Shown here piece after piece: positions 9,870 through 19,301 of a stretch of 35,649 nt of DNA (within the stretch, counting starts at the first letter, position 1; the number at the start of each line of letters is the position of its first letter). Position numbers and translations under genes: made by a program. Below the pieces are notes generated by a model. That model saw only the letters and a list, made by a program, of their open reading frames with translations. It did no database searches and was not told where the DNA came from. This DNA is from an uncultured virus (IMG/VR IMGVR_UViG_3300025417_000001) (lineage: Duplodnaviria > Heunggongvirae > Uroviricota > Caudoviricetes): the IMG/VR virus record IMGVR_UViG_3300025417_000001. One strand, given 5' to 3'.

Positions 9870-12431
9870 TTACGCTTGTACTACCACTCTGTATTGCTTT
9901 CCAGTAGTAGGAGCTACTGCGAAACCAATTGTTACTGTTGAGGAAGTTACGTAAGTGATGTCAGTTACAACTTCCATTTTTGTTGCTGAATCATAGACCG
10001 CAACAATAATGTCTGTTGTTCCTAATGAGTGGGTGACTGTGAACTCTGTAGTTGACGCATCACCTGTAATGGTGGTTGAGTAAGTTCCAGCTTGACCAGA
10101 GATACCTTGGGTACCTTGGATACCGTCTGTACCTTGAACACCTTGAGAACCTGTTTGACCTTGCAAACCTTGTGTTCCCTGAACACCTGTTGCTCCATCA
10201 AGATTTACAGACCAAGCGTTATCTGCTCCGTATGTTCCAGCACCTAGGTAATCCTTAACAAGGACAGTTAGGTCAGTTCCATCATATGCAGTTACTGTTG
10301 CATGGATAAGTGTAGATTCACTTTGGGCGATTACTACGTCTTGTCCTACTGAGTAACTTAGGTCTAAGTCGTTTAGTGTGAATGTAGGAGTTGTAGAGCT
10401 TCCTAGCAGGAAGTCTGTTGAAGAGGTTGTGCGGTAACGGTCTGAGTGCCCCTGAAGACCCTGGATACCTTGGGTACCCTGAGCGCCATCAAAACCTTGG
10501 ATACCCTGTGTTCCATCAAAACCTTGGACACCTTGAGTTCCGTCAAAGCCCTGAAGACCTTGTTCTCCTTGCAGACCTTGGGTACCTTGGGTACCGTCAA
10601 ATCCTTGGATACCCTGTGTGCCGTCAAAGCCTTGGATACCTTGCGTTCCTTGTGTTCCTTGAGTACCTTGAGTTCCATCTGTGCCTTGAAGTCCTTGCTC
10701 TCCTTGAATACCTTGAGCAGCAAGTAGGTTCCAGTTTCCAGAAGAATCTGGTGCAGTAGTTGAAGTAGTTGTAAGAGCGATATAGGAAGCGCCGTTATAA
10801 GAAACTACATCGTTTTGGTAGTAAGTAGTTCCTGAGTTCCAACTTCCTTGCCATGTAAATGATGTACCAGTAACACCTTGGATACCTTGGGTACCATCGT
10901 TACCTTGAAGGCCTTGTTCTCCTTGGAGACCTTGTACGCCTTGTGTACCATCAGTTCCCTGTACGCCTTGAGCGCCAGTTTCACCTTGTAGACCTTGTGT
11001 ACCTTGTACACCAGTTGCACCATCTAGGTTGATTGTCCAAGAGTTGTATGTTCCAGAACCAATTACAGTGTGGATGTTTACTTCAAGATAATCTGAAGGT
11101 ACTGTCTCGTAGTAAGCAACAGTTCCCACCATGTAGTTGTTGATGTCGTAAGCAACTACGACGTCTTGACCTACAGAGTAAGAAAGGTCGTCATCATTTA
11201 CGTAGAAAATTACGCCATCTGCTACAGCAATATCATTTGAAGTATTAGAGGTTGTCTTGTAGCGGTCTGAATGTCCTTGAACACCTTGGACACCTTGTTC
11301 ACCTTGTACTCCTTGCGTACCATCAAATCCTTGTACGCCCTGAGTACCATCGTATCCCTGTAAACCTTGTTCGCCTTGAATACCCTGTGTACCGTCAGCA
11401 CCTTGTACACCTTGGAAACCAGTGTTACCTTGCGCTCCGTCTGTACCTTGGGCACCAGTAGCGCCTTGCGCTCCGTCAAATCCTTGTAAACCTTGCTCAC
11501 CTTGTACGCCTTGAGTTCCATCAAAACCTTGGACACCTTGAGCGCCAGTTTCTCCCTGAGCTCCTTGCATACCATCTGTGCCTTGAACACCTTGTGTTCC
11601 ATCTGTTCCTTGGACACCTTGAGCTCCATCGGTACCTTGAATACCCTGTGTTCCTTGAACACCTGTAGCACCGTCAAGGTTAACAGTCCAGTATCCACCA
11701 GTACCTGCGCCAATGTAATCTTTGATATCAACGTTAAGTTCATATGTTACGTTGTTGTAAGAAACTACTGTAGCGTGGATAAGATTTGCAATATCAGCAG
11801 CAATAACCACATCTTGACCAACTGAGTAAGAAAGGTCTGCATCAGCAAGTACGAATGTGTGGTTTGAATCAGAGCCTAGAGTGTAAGAAGTAGTAGAGGT
11901 TGTGCGATAGCGGTCTGAATGGCCTTGGATACCTTGAGCACCAGTTTCACCTTGTGCGCCTTGCATACCGTCAGTGCCTTGTAGACCTTGGGTTCCTTGT
12001 GTACCATCAAAACCTTGAAGACCTTGCTCACCTTGTACACCCTGAGCTCCGTCAGTTCCTTGAATACCTTGTGTACCATCGGTACCTTGTGCGCCTTGCG
12101 CACCATCTGTACCTTGAGCGCCTTGGGTACCGTCTGTACCTTGTGCGCCTGTTGTACCCTGAGCACCAGTTGTGCCTTGTAGACCTTGGATACCTTGAGT
12201 GCCTTGTGCACCATCAGAACCTACATAACCAGCAGCGCCTTGTGCACCTTGTGCACCTGTGCTGGTGTTAACCCAGTTTGTACCATCCCATACGCGTAGG
12301 TAATGGAGTGAAGTGTCAAAGTAAACTTGACCTATTGATGGGCTAGATGGTGGTGAAGCTAAATTCTGAATCGCTGCATTTTGCAGTTCTAATTTATTTA
12401 AATCTATGGGAGTCAGGAATTTGCGTGCCAT
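9870..12431 (-). CDS. Acidic collagen-like fibre protein with three repeated globular domains and a CBM5/12-like module
   Basis: (GxQGxD/E)n blocks; HSDRY...WxxNLDGA x3; [29 protein letters not shown] near 10720-10860. Confidence 0.9.
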   Translation of the reverse strand: MARKFLTPIDLNKLELQNAAIQNLASPPSSPSIGQVYFDTSLHYLRVWDGTNWVNTSTGAQGAQGAAGYVGSDGAQGTQGIQGLQGTTGAQGTTGAQGTDGTQGAQGTDGAQGAQGTDGTQGIQGTDGAQGVQGEQGLQGFDGTQGTQGLQGTDGMQGAQGETGAQGIQGHSDRYRTTSTTSYTLGSDSNHTFVLADADLSYSVGQDVVIAADIANLIHATVVSYNNVTYELNVDIKDYIGAGTGGYWTVNLDGATGVQGTQGIQGTDGAQGVQGTDGTQGVQGTDGMQGAQGETGAQGVQGFDGTQGVQGEQGLQGFDGAQGATGAQGTDGAQGNTGFQGVQGADGTQGIQGEQGLQGYDGTQGVQGFDGTQGVQGEQGVQGVQGHSDRYKTTSNTSNDIAVADGVIFYVNDDDLSYSVGQDVVVAYDINNYMVGTVAYYETVPSDYLEVNIHTVIGSGTYNSWTINLDGATGVQGTQGLQGETGAQGVQGTDGTQGVQGLQGEQGLQGNDGTQGIQGVTGTSFTWQGSWNSGTTYYQNDVVSYNGASYIALTTTSTTAPDSSGNWNLLAAQGIQGEQGLQGTDGTQGTQGTQGTQGIQGFDGTQGIQGFDGTQGTQGLQGEQGLQGFDGTQGVQGFDGTQGIQGFDGAQGTQGIQGLQGHSDRYRTTSSTDFLLGSSTTPTFTLNDLDLSYSVGQDVVIAQSESTLIHATVTAYDGTDLTVLVKDYLGAGTYGADNAWSVNLDGATGVQGTQGLQGQTGSQGVQGTDGIQGTQGISGQAGTYSTTITGDASTTEFTVTHSLGTTDIIVAVYDSATKMEVVTDITYVTSSTVTIGFAVAPTTGKQYRVVVQA

Positions 12432-12433
12432 TG

Positions 12434-12886
12434 TTATGCCTCCTCAGGCGTATTTCTTCTTAAGTAATTAAGTGCTTTTTCTAAACCTTCAATGCTATCC
12501 CCAAGAAAACCAATTCCTGAGTTGCATTTTTGGCATAACAAACCACGAACCGCACCTGTTGCGTGGTCGTGGTCAACGTATAGTGATGATGGAACAAGTT
12601 TGCAAATAGCGCAAACCCCTCCCTGCTCCATTACCATGTAGGTAAATTCTTCTGGTGTAAGTAAATATTGCTTTAACAAATGACGTTTACGGTTGTAGGC
12701 TGCGCGGTCTGGGTTTTTAATTCGCCATTCCTGCATACTTTTTTTACCAATGTTAGTGTGGCACTCCTGGCACCATGTAAGGCTGCCCTTAGAGTTGGCA
12801 CGAAAATCTTCAATAGGTTTTTCCAAGGCACACTGAGTACAGGTTTTTAAACCTGTTTCGTGCCATGAACCTAAAGGACGTGCCAC
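12434..12886 (-). CDS. Endonuclease VII-family (His-Me finger) nuclease, probably a free-standing homing endonuclease
   Basis: QGGVCAIC...[27 protein letters not shown]-terminal CxxC...CxxC. Confidence 0.9.
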   Translation of the reverse strand: MARPLGSWHETGLKTCTQCALEKPIEDFRANSKGSLTWCQECHTNIGKKSMQEWRIKNPDRAAYNRKRHLLKQYLLTPEEFTYMVMEQGGVCAICKLVPSSLYVDHDHATGAVRGLLCQKCNSGIGFLGDSIEGLEKALNYLRRNTPEEA

Positions 12887-12897
12887 TGTTTATCTCC

Positions 12898-13503
12898 TTA
12901 AGATAAATACGCTGTGCCTGAAAACGCGGAATAAAATGTGACCGTAAGTGAGTCCGAATTAGTATACGAAATTTCGCCTTCATAAATGGTACCAGCAGAA
13001 TCTTGAACTGTAAGGTTAGGATAAAAACCTAAATTATGATTTATTGTCCATGTGCTGCTAGGCGCACCTTGAGTGTGAATGTACGCCACACGAGATGTTC
13101 TAAAATATAGGTTTGTTGTACCTTCAGAAAGGTCATCTGTAGACCCAAGAGCACTACCTGCAATAGCATCATTTAGCTGTTGAAGGGTTACTCCTCCCCC
13201 ATCAGTTCCCTGAACACCTTGTGTTCCGATAGAACCTTGAAGTCCCTGAAGTCCTGCAGGTCCTTGTGTACCCGTGGCCCCCTGCGCACCTGTTGCGCCT
13301 TGAGCACCTCCACCTGGTCCAATAGGTCCCTGCAAACCTTGTGTTCCTTGAGCACCAGCACCAGCTGGTCCTTGTGTTCCTTGGGCGCCTTGTACACCTT
13401 TAGGCCCACCTTGTCCTACATAGACAACGTTTGGACCGCGGTTAGTACTTTGGATACCGCACACGTGTTGTACGCCAACACAGTTACATGAAGGTCTAGT
13501 CAA
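12898..13503 (-). CDS. Short collagen-like virion protein
   Basis: About 22 Gxx triplets; [13 protein letters not shown]-terminal WTINHNLG..P domain. Confidence 0.8.
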   Translation of the reverse strand: MTRPSCNCVGVQHVCGIQSTNRGPNVVYVGQGGPKGVQGAQGTQGPAGAGAQGTQGLQGPIGPGGGAQGATGAQGATGTQGPAGLQGLQGSIGTQGVQGTDGGGVTLQQLNDAIAGSALGSTDDLSEGTTNLYFRTSRVAYIHTQGAPSSTWTINHNLGFYPNLTVQDSAGTIYEGEISYTNSDSLTVTFYSAFSGTAYLS

Positions 13504-14560
13504 GTGTCACCTCTTGTGTAGTGAATACCTGACCCTTTAAAAACGTAGCTTCATATGTAGAATCTGTTGGATCAGTGGCTTGTAAATCCCAGAAAGCGCG
13601 AACAGGCATATACTCTGTATCTTGCTTTGTTAATGAAAGTGTAATTTTACTTAAGCTTTCAGAAACATAAGTTGTCTCAATATGAAACGTGGCGTAAAGA
13701 GAAGGTGCATTTGGATAGGTACGAATCTGCGCCTTGAATACAAGACCAGTGGTATCAAATGGGAAGTCAACTTCTTCGCTGTATGAGTCTCCTTGGTAAA
13801 GAATGATGTCTTGAGTCTTAACATAGCTAGGAAGCACTCTACGACCAGTCATATCATTCTGTAGATATACGCGCTCTGGCATGCGTGAATCATCAACTTC
13901 TTGAGGCATGTAGACAGGGATAAGCTTATTGGTTGTTCTAGAGACACGTCGTAGGGTGACCATCTCAATCCGCCACAAACCAATATTGAGCTGTGCGCAA
14001 AGGGTCTTATATTGGTTCCAACGGTTCTCAATCATTGAGGTCAGTTGTTGGTAACGCTGTGCGCGTGGGATTACTACCCCATCAGGCGCGGTAATGTTGA
14101 TATCAAAAGCAGCATCAGTAGCTAGAACCCATAGGGCTTCAATAACTGCAAGAATAGCTAATGGATACTCTTCAACCGCTTCAAGAGATTGAATTGTGAC
14201 ATTAGAGCCAAAAGAATCTGTGCGGTTATAGGTGTGCTGTGTAATAGCGGTATTAATAAAAGTACAAATATCATCATCTGTAAAGTAGCGGAACCTATTA
14301 CCAGTTACTAGAATGGTCGCATTAGCTGGTGGAGTATGGACAAAGTGGATAACCCCGATATCAAATTCAGCTGTATAACCAGTTGGGTAGGCCACTGGGC
14401 TGCCGTTAACATAGACGGCTAAGGTATTAATATCAATAGGTTTGCAGGGAAGTGTGTAGTCGGTTGTATAACCGTCTCCCATAGAATTAAAGGTAAATTG
14501 TTGTGGCTGATCCCCAAGCTCAAGGCGAACCCGATACGTCAGGTCACTCATATATGCCAC
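13496..14560 (-). CDS. Putative head-tail adaptor/neck protein with extra domains
   Basis: RVRLELGD, YFTDDDICTFI adaptor-like motifs; C-terminal LYQGDS..KAQIR..WDLQ..LKGQV BppU-like domain; position after capsid genes. Confidence 0.6.
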   Translation of the reverse strand: MAYMSDLTYRVRLELGDQPQQFTFNSMGDGYTTDYTLPCKPIDINTLAVYVNGSPVAYPTGYTAEFDIGVIHFVHTPPANATILVTGNRFRYFTDDDICTFINTAITQHTYNRTDSFGSNVTIQSLEAVEEYPLAILAVIEALWVLATDAAFDINITAPDGVVIPRAQRYQQLTSMIENRWNQYKTLCAQLNIGLWRIEMVTLRRVSRTTNKLIPVYMPQEVDDSRMPERVYLQNDMTGRRVLPSYVKTQDIILYQGDSYSEEVDFPFDTTGLVFKAQIRTYPNAPSLYATFHIETTYVSESLSKITLSLTKQDTEYMPVRAFWDLQATDPTDSTYEATFLKGQVFTTQEVTLD

Positions 14561-14619
14561 TTAGAACTCCTCACACTACATATCCAATGGTGTCGGAATA
14601 TTCTATAAAAATCTCTACA

Positions 14620-14650
14620 AACGAAGAAGCGGCCCCTCTCGGAGCCGCCC
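14620..14650 (-). terminator. Rho-independent terminator
   Basis: GGCGGCTCC-GAGA-GGGGCCGCT followed by TCTTCGTTT on the minus strand. Confidence 0.7.
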
Positions 14651-14669
14651 ACTTCAAAGAGAATCTATA

Positions 14670-15032
14670 TTAGATTACTCCAGCTAGATAGCCCTTTTCC
14701 TTAAGGTGTTGGGCAACTGCTTTTGTGACGCGGTACTTTTGACCTGCTTTAAAGTTGTAGTTATTTCCAGCGCCGAGGGTCATGTTTTCAATGTTTTCAA
14801 TCACGCGGATTTCAACAGAATCATCCTCTTTGCCAACAGTGATTACTTCATCAACAATAACTGTCTGGCGCTCTGGAACAGTAGCATCAATAACTTCTGT
14901 TTCCATTTTAACTTTAGCTTGAGCTGTCGCCATGGACATCTCAGCAGCACGTTCTTCCATAACGGTTGCGTTCTCTTCTAACATCTTTTCGCGAAGAACG
15001 CCTGTCGCGTCAGTGGGCTTTGCTTTAGCCAT
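14670..15032 (-). CDS. Hypothetical protein downstream of capsid gene
   Basis: GGAGGA RBS supports ATG at 15032 (MAKAKPT) rather than 15044. Confidence 0.75.
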   Translation of the reverse strand: MAKAKPTDATGVLREKMLEENATVMEERAAEMSMATAQAKVKMETEVIDATVPERQTVIVDEVITVGKEDDSVEIRVIENIENMTLGAGNNYNFKAGQKYRVTKAVAQHLKEKGYLAGVI

Positions 15033-15060
15033 TAAATCCTCCAAATTAGTATCTCGGTTG

Positions 15061-15090
15061 AATAAAGCGGGGACCGAAGTCCCCGCTCTT
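15061..15090 (-). terminator. Terminator after major capsid gene
   Basis: AGCGGGGAC-TTCG-GTCCCCGCT then TTATT; UUCG tetraloop. Confidence 0.85.
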
Positions 15091-15108
15091 TAAGCTATTT
15101 AGTTTTTA

Positions 15109-16179
15109 TTAGTTGGTTTCTGCAATGATTACAGATTGGTCTGTGATTAGGCCAAGTCCGAAGATTGAGTACCAAGCTAGAGCATGCTCACGACCGAAGT
15201 CTAGAATACCGCCATCGCGGAGTTCTACTGGAAGTGAAATAGCGTGACCGAATGCGTTATCTCCAATGAAGATAGCTGAGTAGCGGTCTGAGCCTCCGTC
15301 ACCTGTGTAGGTAGCAGGGGTTGTGTATCCTCCACCAGGTGTTACTGCTGGGTTAGCAACAGCTGTATCTGTGGTGTAAGAAGAACCAGCTCCACCAGCG
15401 ACCTTAAGAACTTGAGTTGTCTCAATGAATACGGTGTCGTATAGACGTCCGATTTCACCAAGCATGAAGTTTCCTGGAGCTGCGTACTTTGTGACTTCAA
15501 TGAATTCTGGATTGTCACGAAGCTTACGGCTTTGGTGTGGGTGAACGAAGCAAACGTAGGTTTCGCCCAACCTTGGGATGTTCTTGGTTGCTAGGGTCTC
15601 AACTGCGTCCTTGACTGTGTGTGGTGTCAAGTAGTAGGTGCCTGTCATTGAGGCGCGAGAAGTTCCCTTTGTACCATCTGCGTACCAGTTGTTAACAGCT
15701 GATAGGTTTGAACGGTCTTCACCGTAGATGGTTGATGTAGCAGCATATAGTGTGTCGCGTGAAAGCTGATCTAGATAGATAGCCATGTTACGACCTAGAA
15801 GACGTGAAGCAGAAGCCATTACGTCGTCAAATGAAGCGTTCAACAATAGTTCTGAAACAGCAAGAGCATATCCGTGCTCTGATACTGTGATTGAGAATTG
15901 TTGTGCTGTTAGAGCGTTAGTTGCCATACGGACACCTTCAACAAGAGGTGAAGCGAATCCGAGGTTGTTGTAACGCATGAAGTTGATTTGAAGACCTGGT
16001 GCAACACCTAGTTCAGTCTTCTTTACCGCAAATTGCTCAAAGCGAAGAATTGGCATGGCCTGGAAAAGGATTTCCTTTGACCAAATTGTTTGAATCGCTT
16101 GAGTCAGTTGGGTATTTGTACCTGAGTACGCTGTTGGTGACGCGGCAAGGTTGCCTGTACCTGTAATACCTGATGCCAT
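15109..16179 (-). CDS. Major capsid protein (N4-gp56-like, HK97 fold)
   Basis: 356 aa; LVEGV, YVCFVHPHQ, GEIGRLYDTVFIET, DFGRE..LAWY motifs; follows scaffold; strong RBS and terminator. Confidence 0.9.
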   Translation of the reverse strand: MASGITGTGNLAASPTAYSGTNTQLTQAIQTIWSKEILFQAMPILRFEQFAVKKTELGVAPGLQINFMRYNNLGFASPLVEGVRMATNALTAQQFSITVSEHGYALAVSELLLNASFDDVMASASRLLGRNMAIYLDQLSRDTLYAATSTIYGEDRSNLSAVNNWYADGTKGTSRASMTGTYYLTPHTVKDAVETLATKNIPRLGETYVCFVHPHQSRKLRDNPEFIEVTKYAAPGNFMLGEIGRLYDTVFIETTQVLKVAGGAGSSYTTDTAVANPAVTPGGGYTTPATYTGDGGSDRYSAIFIGDNAFGHAISLPVELRDGGILDFGREHALAWYSIFGLGLITDQSVIIAETN

Positions 16180-16218
16180 TTAGCTATGACTCCTTGATAG
16201 TAGTTTGTAGGTTGGTTT

Positions 16219-17010
16219 TTAACCCAGTAGCCCGCTGCTGCGTCCTTGAGCACGAGGGCTCAAAATACGATTGCGGTATTTGGCGTATTCGTTCATCGGC
16301 ATGGCTGCAATTTCATCAGCCGTAGGCATACGTTGTTCCGAATTAGTTTCCAGTGGTCCAGCGGGTGGCAGGGTTGCCCTAGTTCCCACTTGTTCTCTGC
16401 GTTGCTGAGTTAGGGCAGCTTGCGCAGATTCTAAAATACTTGAAGAGCGTTCCTTTAATTGTTCAACGCTTTGATTGATTTCTTCAGGAGTATTACCCTG
16501 AACAAAGTCAATTAGTTGCGGAATAATATTGTCGCGTTCTTGTTCAAGTATTTGTTGGCGATAAGATTGCAGATTTGCAAACTCTCTTTCGCGCTCCAGA
16601 AGAGCGAAGGCCCGTTCGCGTTCCTGACGCTCACGCTCCAACTGCTCTCGCAACTCATCAGCTGTCAACTTAATTAGGTCCTTGGCGTTCAAGTCCTTTT
16701 CAAGCTTAGCTTTTTCTTTTTCCGCTTTCTTAGCTGAATCTTCAGCTTCCTTAGCGGCTTTACGAGCTGCTTTTTCTTCTTTCTCTTTCTTAAGAGCAAG
16801 AACTTCATCCTTTAATCTTTCAATCTCAGGATAGAGCTTATCTTTCTCTTGAGAACGCACTTTTGCTAAATCTTCATCAGTATAAAACTTTGAAGACTTA
16901 GTTTCAGTTGTAGTAACAGTAGGCGCATCAACGCCCGACACATTTACAACTGGAGCGGTATTAGCTTCTGCTTCAAAAGCAGCAGCCATTTGTTCTGCAG
17001 TTTCTGACAT
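16219..17010 (-). CDS. Capsid scaffolding protein
   Basis: E/K/R-rich coiled coil; YTDEDLAKVR; C-terminal IAAMPMNEYAKYR; lies between portal and capsid. Confidence 0.8.
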   Translation of the reverse strand: MSETAEQMAAAFEAEANTAPVVNVSGVDAPTVTTTETKSSKFYTDEDLAKVRSQEKDKLYPEIERLKDEVLALKKEKEEKAARKAAKEAEDSAKKAEKEKAKLEKDLNAKDLIKLTADELREQLERERQERERAFALLEREREFANLQSYRQQILEQERDNIIPQLIDFVQGNTPEEINQSVEQLKERSSSILESAQAALTQQRREQVGTRATLPPAGPLETNSEQRMPTADEIAAMPMNEYAKYRNRILSPRAQGRSSGLLG

Positions 17011-17134
17011 TCTTATGTCCTTATCCTAGGGGTCGTTTTCCGAATTGGGCTTTGGGCCCGTAGCACATGTGACCTAACGTTTATTAGTATCTTTATTTTG
17101 ACAACATAGTACGAAATTGTCTGTATAAATCAGT

Positions 17135-18853
17135 TTATTTCTCGTACTCTTGCGGCACCCTTCGTTGAGGAAGTTTTGTACCGTAAGCATCTGTGACTAG
17201 ACGGTTGCGAACCTGTTGGTCGCCCATCTGTGCAGCAACTGTTGCCTCGTCAAGAACGACTGGCTCTGTAGGTTGCATTGGAACTTGACCGCCAGAAGCA
17301 CCAGTGCCCATAACTGGGGTACCAGGCTTACCTGGCTCACCTGGCATAGAACCAGTTAAAGCGGCGATATCTTGTTCAATTTGAGTTTGAATAAGCTTAA
17401 GTGCGCCATCAGCGAGTGCATCATCTTGAAGTTCTTGACGAATCTCTGTGAGCTTCTCTGCTGGGAATTCTTCTCCAAGAGTACGGAGAGCGCCTTCCTT
17501 TGATTCAAGACCAAGAGATAGCTTGCTTTGGATTTCGTTAAGAGCAATAAGCTTATCTAGAGGTAGTGGTTGTGGGAAGTGAACATAAGAGCGAAAAGTG
17601 AGTGGATCGTTAGGGTCTAGCTTTGCAAGCTGACCTAACTTAAGAGGAGTGGTATTTGCATTAGGGTCCCAAGTAAATGTCTCTGGTTCTTTCAAAGCAA
17701 GGTTAAGAAGAATCAATTCATTAACGCGCTCTAGACCATGTGCATATTGAATAATCTTTTGGTGGTAGCGGTTCATCAAAGGTTGGAACTGAATAGAGAG
17801 CGCAACACCAGATGTGTTAGAGATAGGTTGTGCTTGTCCTAGCGCGGTTTCAGGTACACCGATCATTTCGTGCATAGACTTCTTCATCATAGCGAGGAAT
17901 TCCATTGCACCCTTTAGGCCTTGCGAACCACCTTCAAGATTTTCAACTTTGGCGTCTTTTGGAAGTCCGCCCCAGACTTTGTTAGCGCCTTTTTCCAACT
18001 GAGAAGCCTTAGCACCGATGATGACCGTAACGGGCGCCGCATGATAATTAACAATGTCAGCAATGTCAGTAGCAGTCTCATTGTAAGCTCGGTTAATATT
18101 GATAATGTCATAGCAATCGCTAAGACCCCAAGGGCTACCACTGATACGAACATTTGGAATATGAATAACAGGAATAGTGCCAAGCGGATTAGGGCGCGAG
18201 TCAATAAGTTCGTCATTAATGTATTCTTCAATGATGTCATCAGTCAAGATTTCCGTGTAGGTAAATACTTGACGAGTACCTTCCAATGAAGTACCCCAAA
18301 AACGATACTTAAGCTTAAACCGAATAAGGCGCTCGCGGTCATGTGGATGGAACTCAGGGAAAGCGAAGGAAGAATTAAGAGGAAGGATACGGACCCGACC
18401 AGGGTGAGTACGACCAGCAGGGTCAGTGTAGGCCTCTTCGTAAGCCACTTTGATAAAGCAATCACCAGACACCGTTCCTTGCTGTCCAATTTCCCATAGG
18501 ACTGTAGCTTTGTTGTTATCTACTTCCCAAACTCTTTCAAGTAGGTCAGGGACGATAGCTTCAGTTTCTTTTGGTGAACGGAAGTTAACACCCTTACCAA
18601 AGGTAAAGTTAATTAAGAAATCTGAGAAGGCGCGATAATAGTTCAGCACCATTTGGGTTTCGCCAGTTTGACGGCGATAAGAATAATGATGGCCTAGATA
18701 CATAGCCCAGTTAAGGCTGTAACGGTTTAGGCGAGGACCGTGGACTTCAAATTCTTCGTCAGCTAATTCAACAAGTCCCAATGGGGAAATGGAAATAGTG
18801 AGGTCAGATGAAGCTGCGCGATAACTCGGAGGCGAGAAATCAATACCGCTCAC
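17135..18853 (-). CDS. Portal protein (SPP1 gp6-like)
   Basis: ~570 aa; NPLGTIPVIHIPN..PWGLSD, SGVALSIQF motifs; GAGGTG RBS favours GTG at 18853. Confidence 0.9.
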   Translation of the reverse strand: MSGIDFSPPSYRAASSDLTISISPLGLVELADEEFEVHGPRLNRYSLNWAMYLGHHYSYRRQTGETQMVLNYYRAFSDFLINFTFGKGVNFRSPKETEAIVPDLLERVWEVDNNKATVLWEIGQQGTVSGDCFIKVAYEEAYTDPAGRTHPGRVRILPLNSSFAFPEFHPHDRERLIRFKLKYRFWGTSLEGTRQVFTYTEILTDDIIEEYINDELIDSRPNPLGTIPVIHIPNVRISGSPWGLSDCYDIININRAYNETATDIADIVNYHAAPVTVIIGAKASQLEKGANKVWGGLPKDAKVENLEGGSQGLKGAMEFLAMMKKSMHEMIGVPETALGQAQPISNTSGVALSIQFQPLMNRYHQKIIQYAHGLERVNELILLNLALKEPETFTWDPNANTTPLKLGQLAKLDPNDPLTFRSYVHFPQPLPLDKLIALNEIQSKLSLGLESKEGALRTLGEEFPAEKLTEIRQELQDDALADGALKLIQTQIEQDIAALTGSMPGEPGKPGTPVMGTGASGGQVPMQPTEPVVLDEATVAAQMGDQQVRNRLVTDAYGTKLPQRRVPQEYEK

Positions 18854-18921
18854 CAATCACCTCTTTCCGTAAGAGCTAAAGGGTACCACCAAATGTCTAC
18901 TTATAAATAAGGCGACACGCT

Positions 18922-19230
18922 TTATCTAAAGCGTTCTCCTCTGATGCTGTTGATACCAATATTTTTAGTTACTTTTGCTTTTTCCATCGCTTCTTTCTTG
19001 TCGCGTTCCTCTTGAACGTAATCGCGGAAACGAGGGTCTATATCTTTTTTAGAAGGCACAAATTTGCCGCCCATTTGTACATAACGAGAATGTACCCAGT
19101 GAGCAGCAGCAGGAGATGGATATGTACGAAAACGAGAACGTGCTTGAGTTGTAAGCATGTTCCATAATTTTGGATTAGCGGGTTCTTGCTTAGGACCCTT
19201 TTTAACTTCTTTACCTGCGATTAGCGCCAT
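18922..19230 (-). CDS. Hypothetical basic protein
   Basis: PANPKLW...YPSPAAAHWVHSRYVQMGGKF; AGGA RBS. Confidence 0.75.
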   Translation of the reverse strand: MALIAGKEVKKGPKQEPANPKLWNMLTTQARSRFRTYPSPAAAHWVHSRYVQMGGKFVPSKKDIDPRFRDYVQEERDKKEAMEKAKVTKNIGINSIRGERFR

Positions 19231-19301
19231 AGTTAATTCCTAAGAATAGCCCTGCTCCCTGACGAGGGTGGTGGTACAGAGAGCAGGAACTCTATTGTTT
19301 A

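Noticed and set aside
7060..12260. Short DNA repeats resembling a CRISPR or tandem array
   Set aside because: They are 9/18-nt codon repeats inside ORFs; no constant repeat with unique spacers and no cas genes
7063..13491. Numerous alternative-frame and antisense ORFs over the collagen genes
   Set aside because: Stop-free shadows of GGN-NNN-CAA repeats; no RBS and low-complexity translations
17025..17077. Superficial likeness to a c-di-GMP-I riboswitch
   Set aside because: Too short and lacks the P2/P3 tetraloop-receptor architecture; kept only as an unnamed leader
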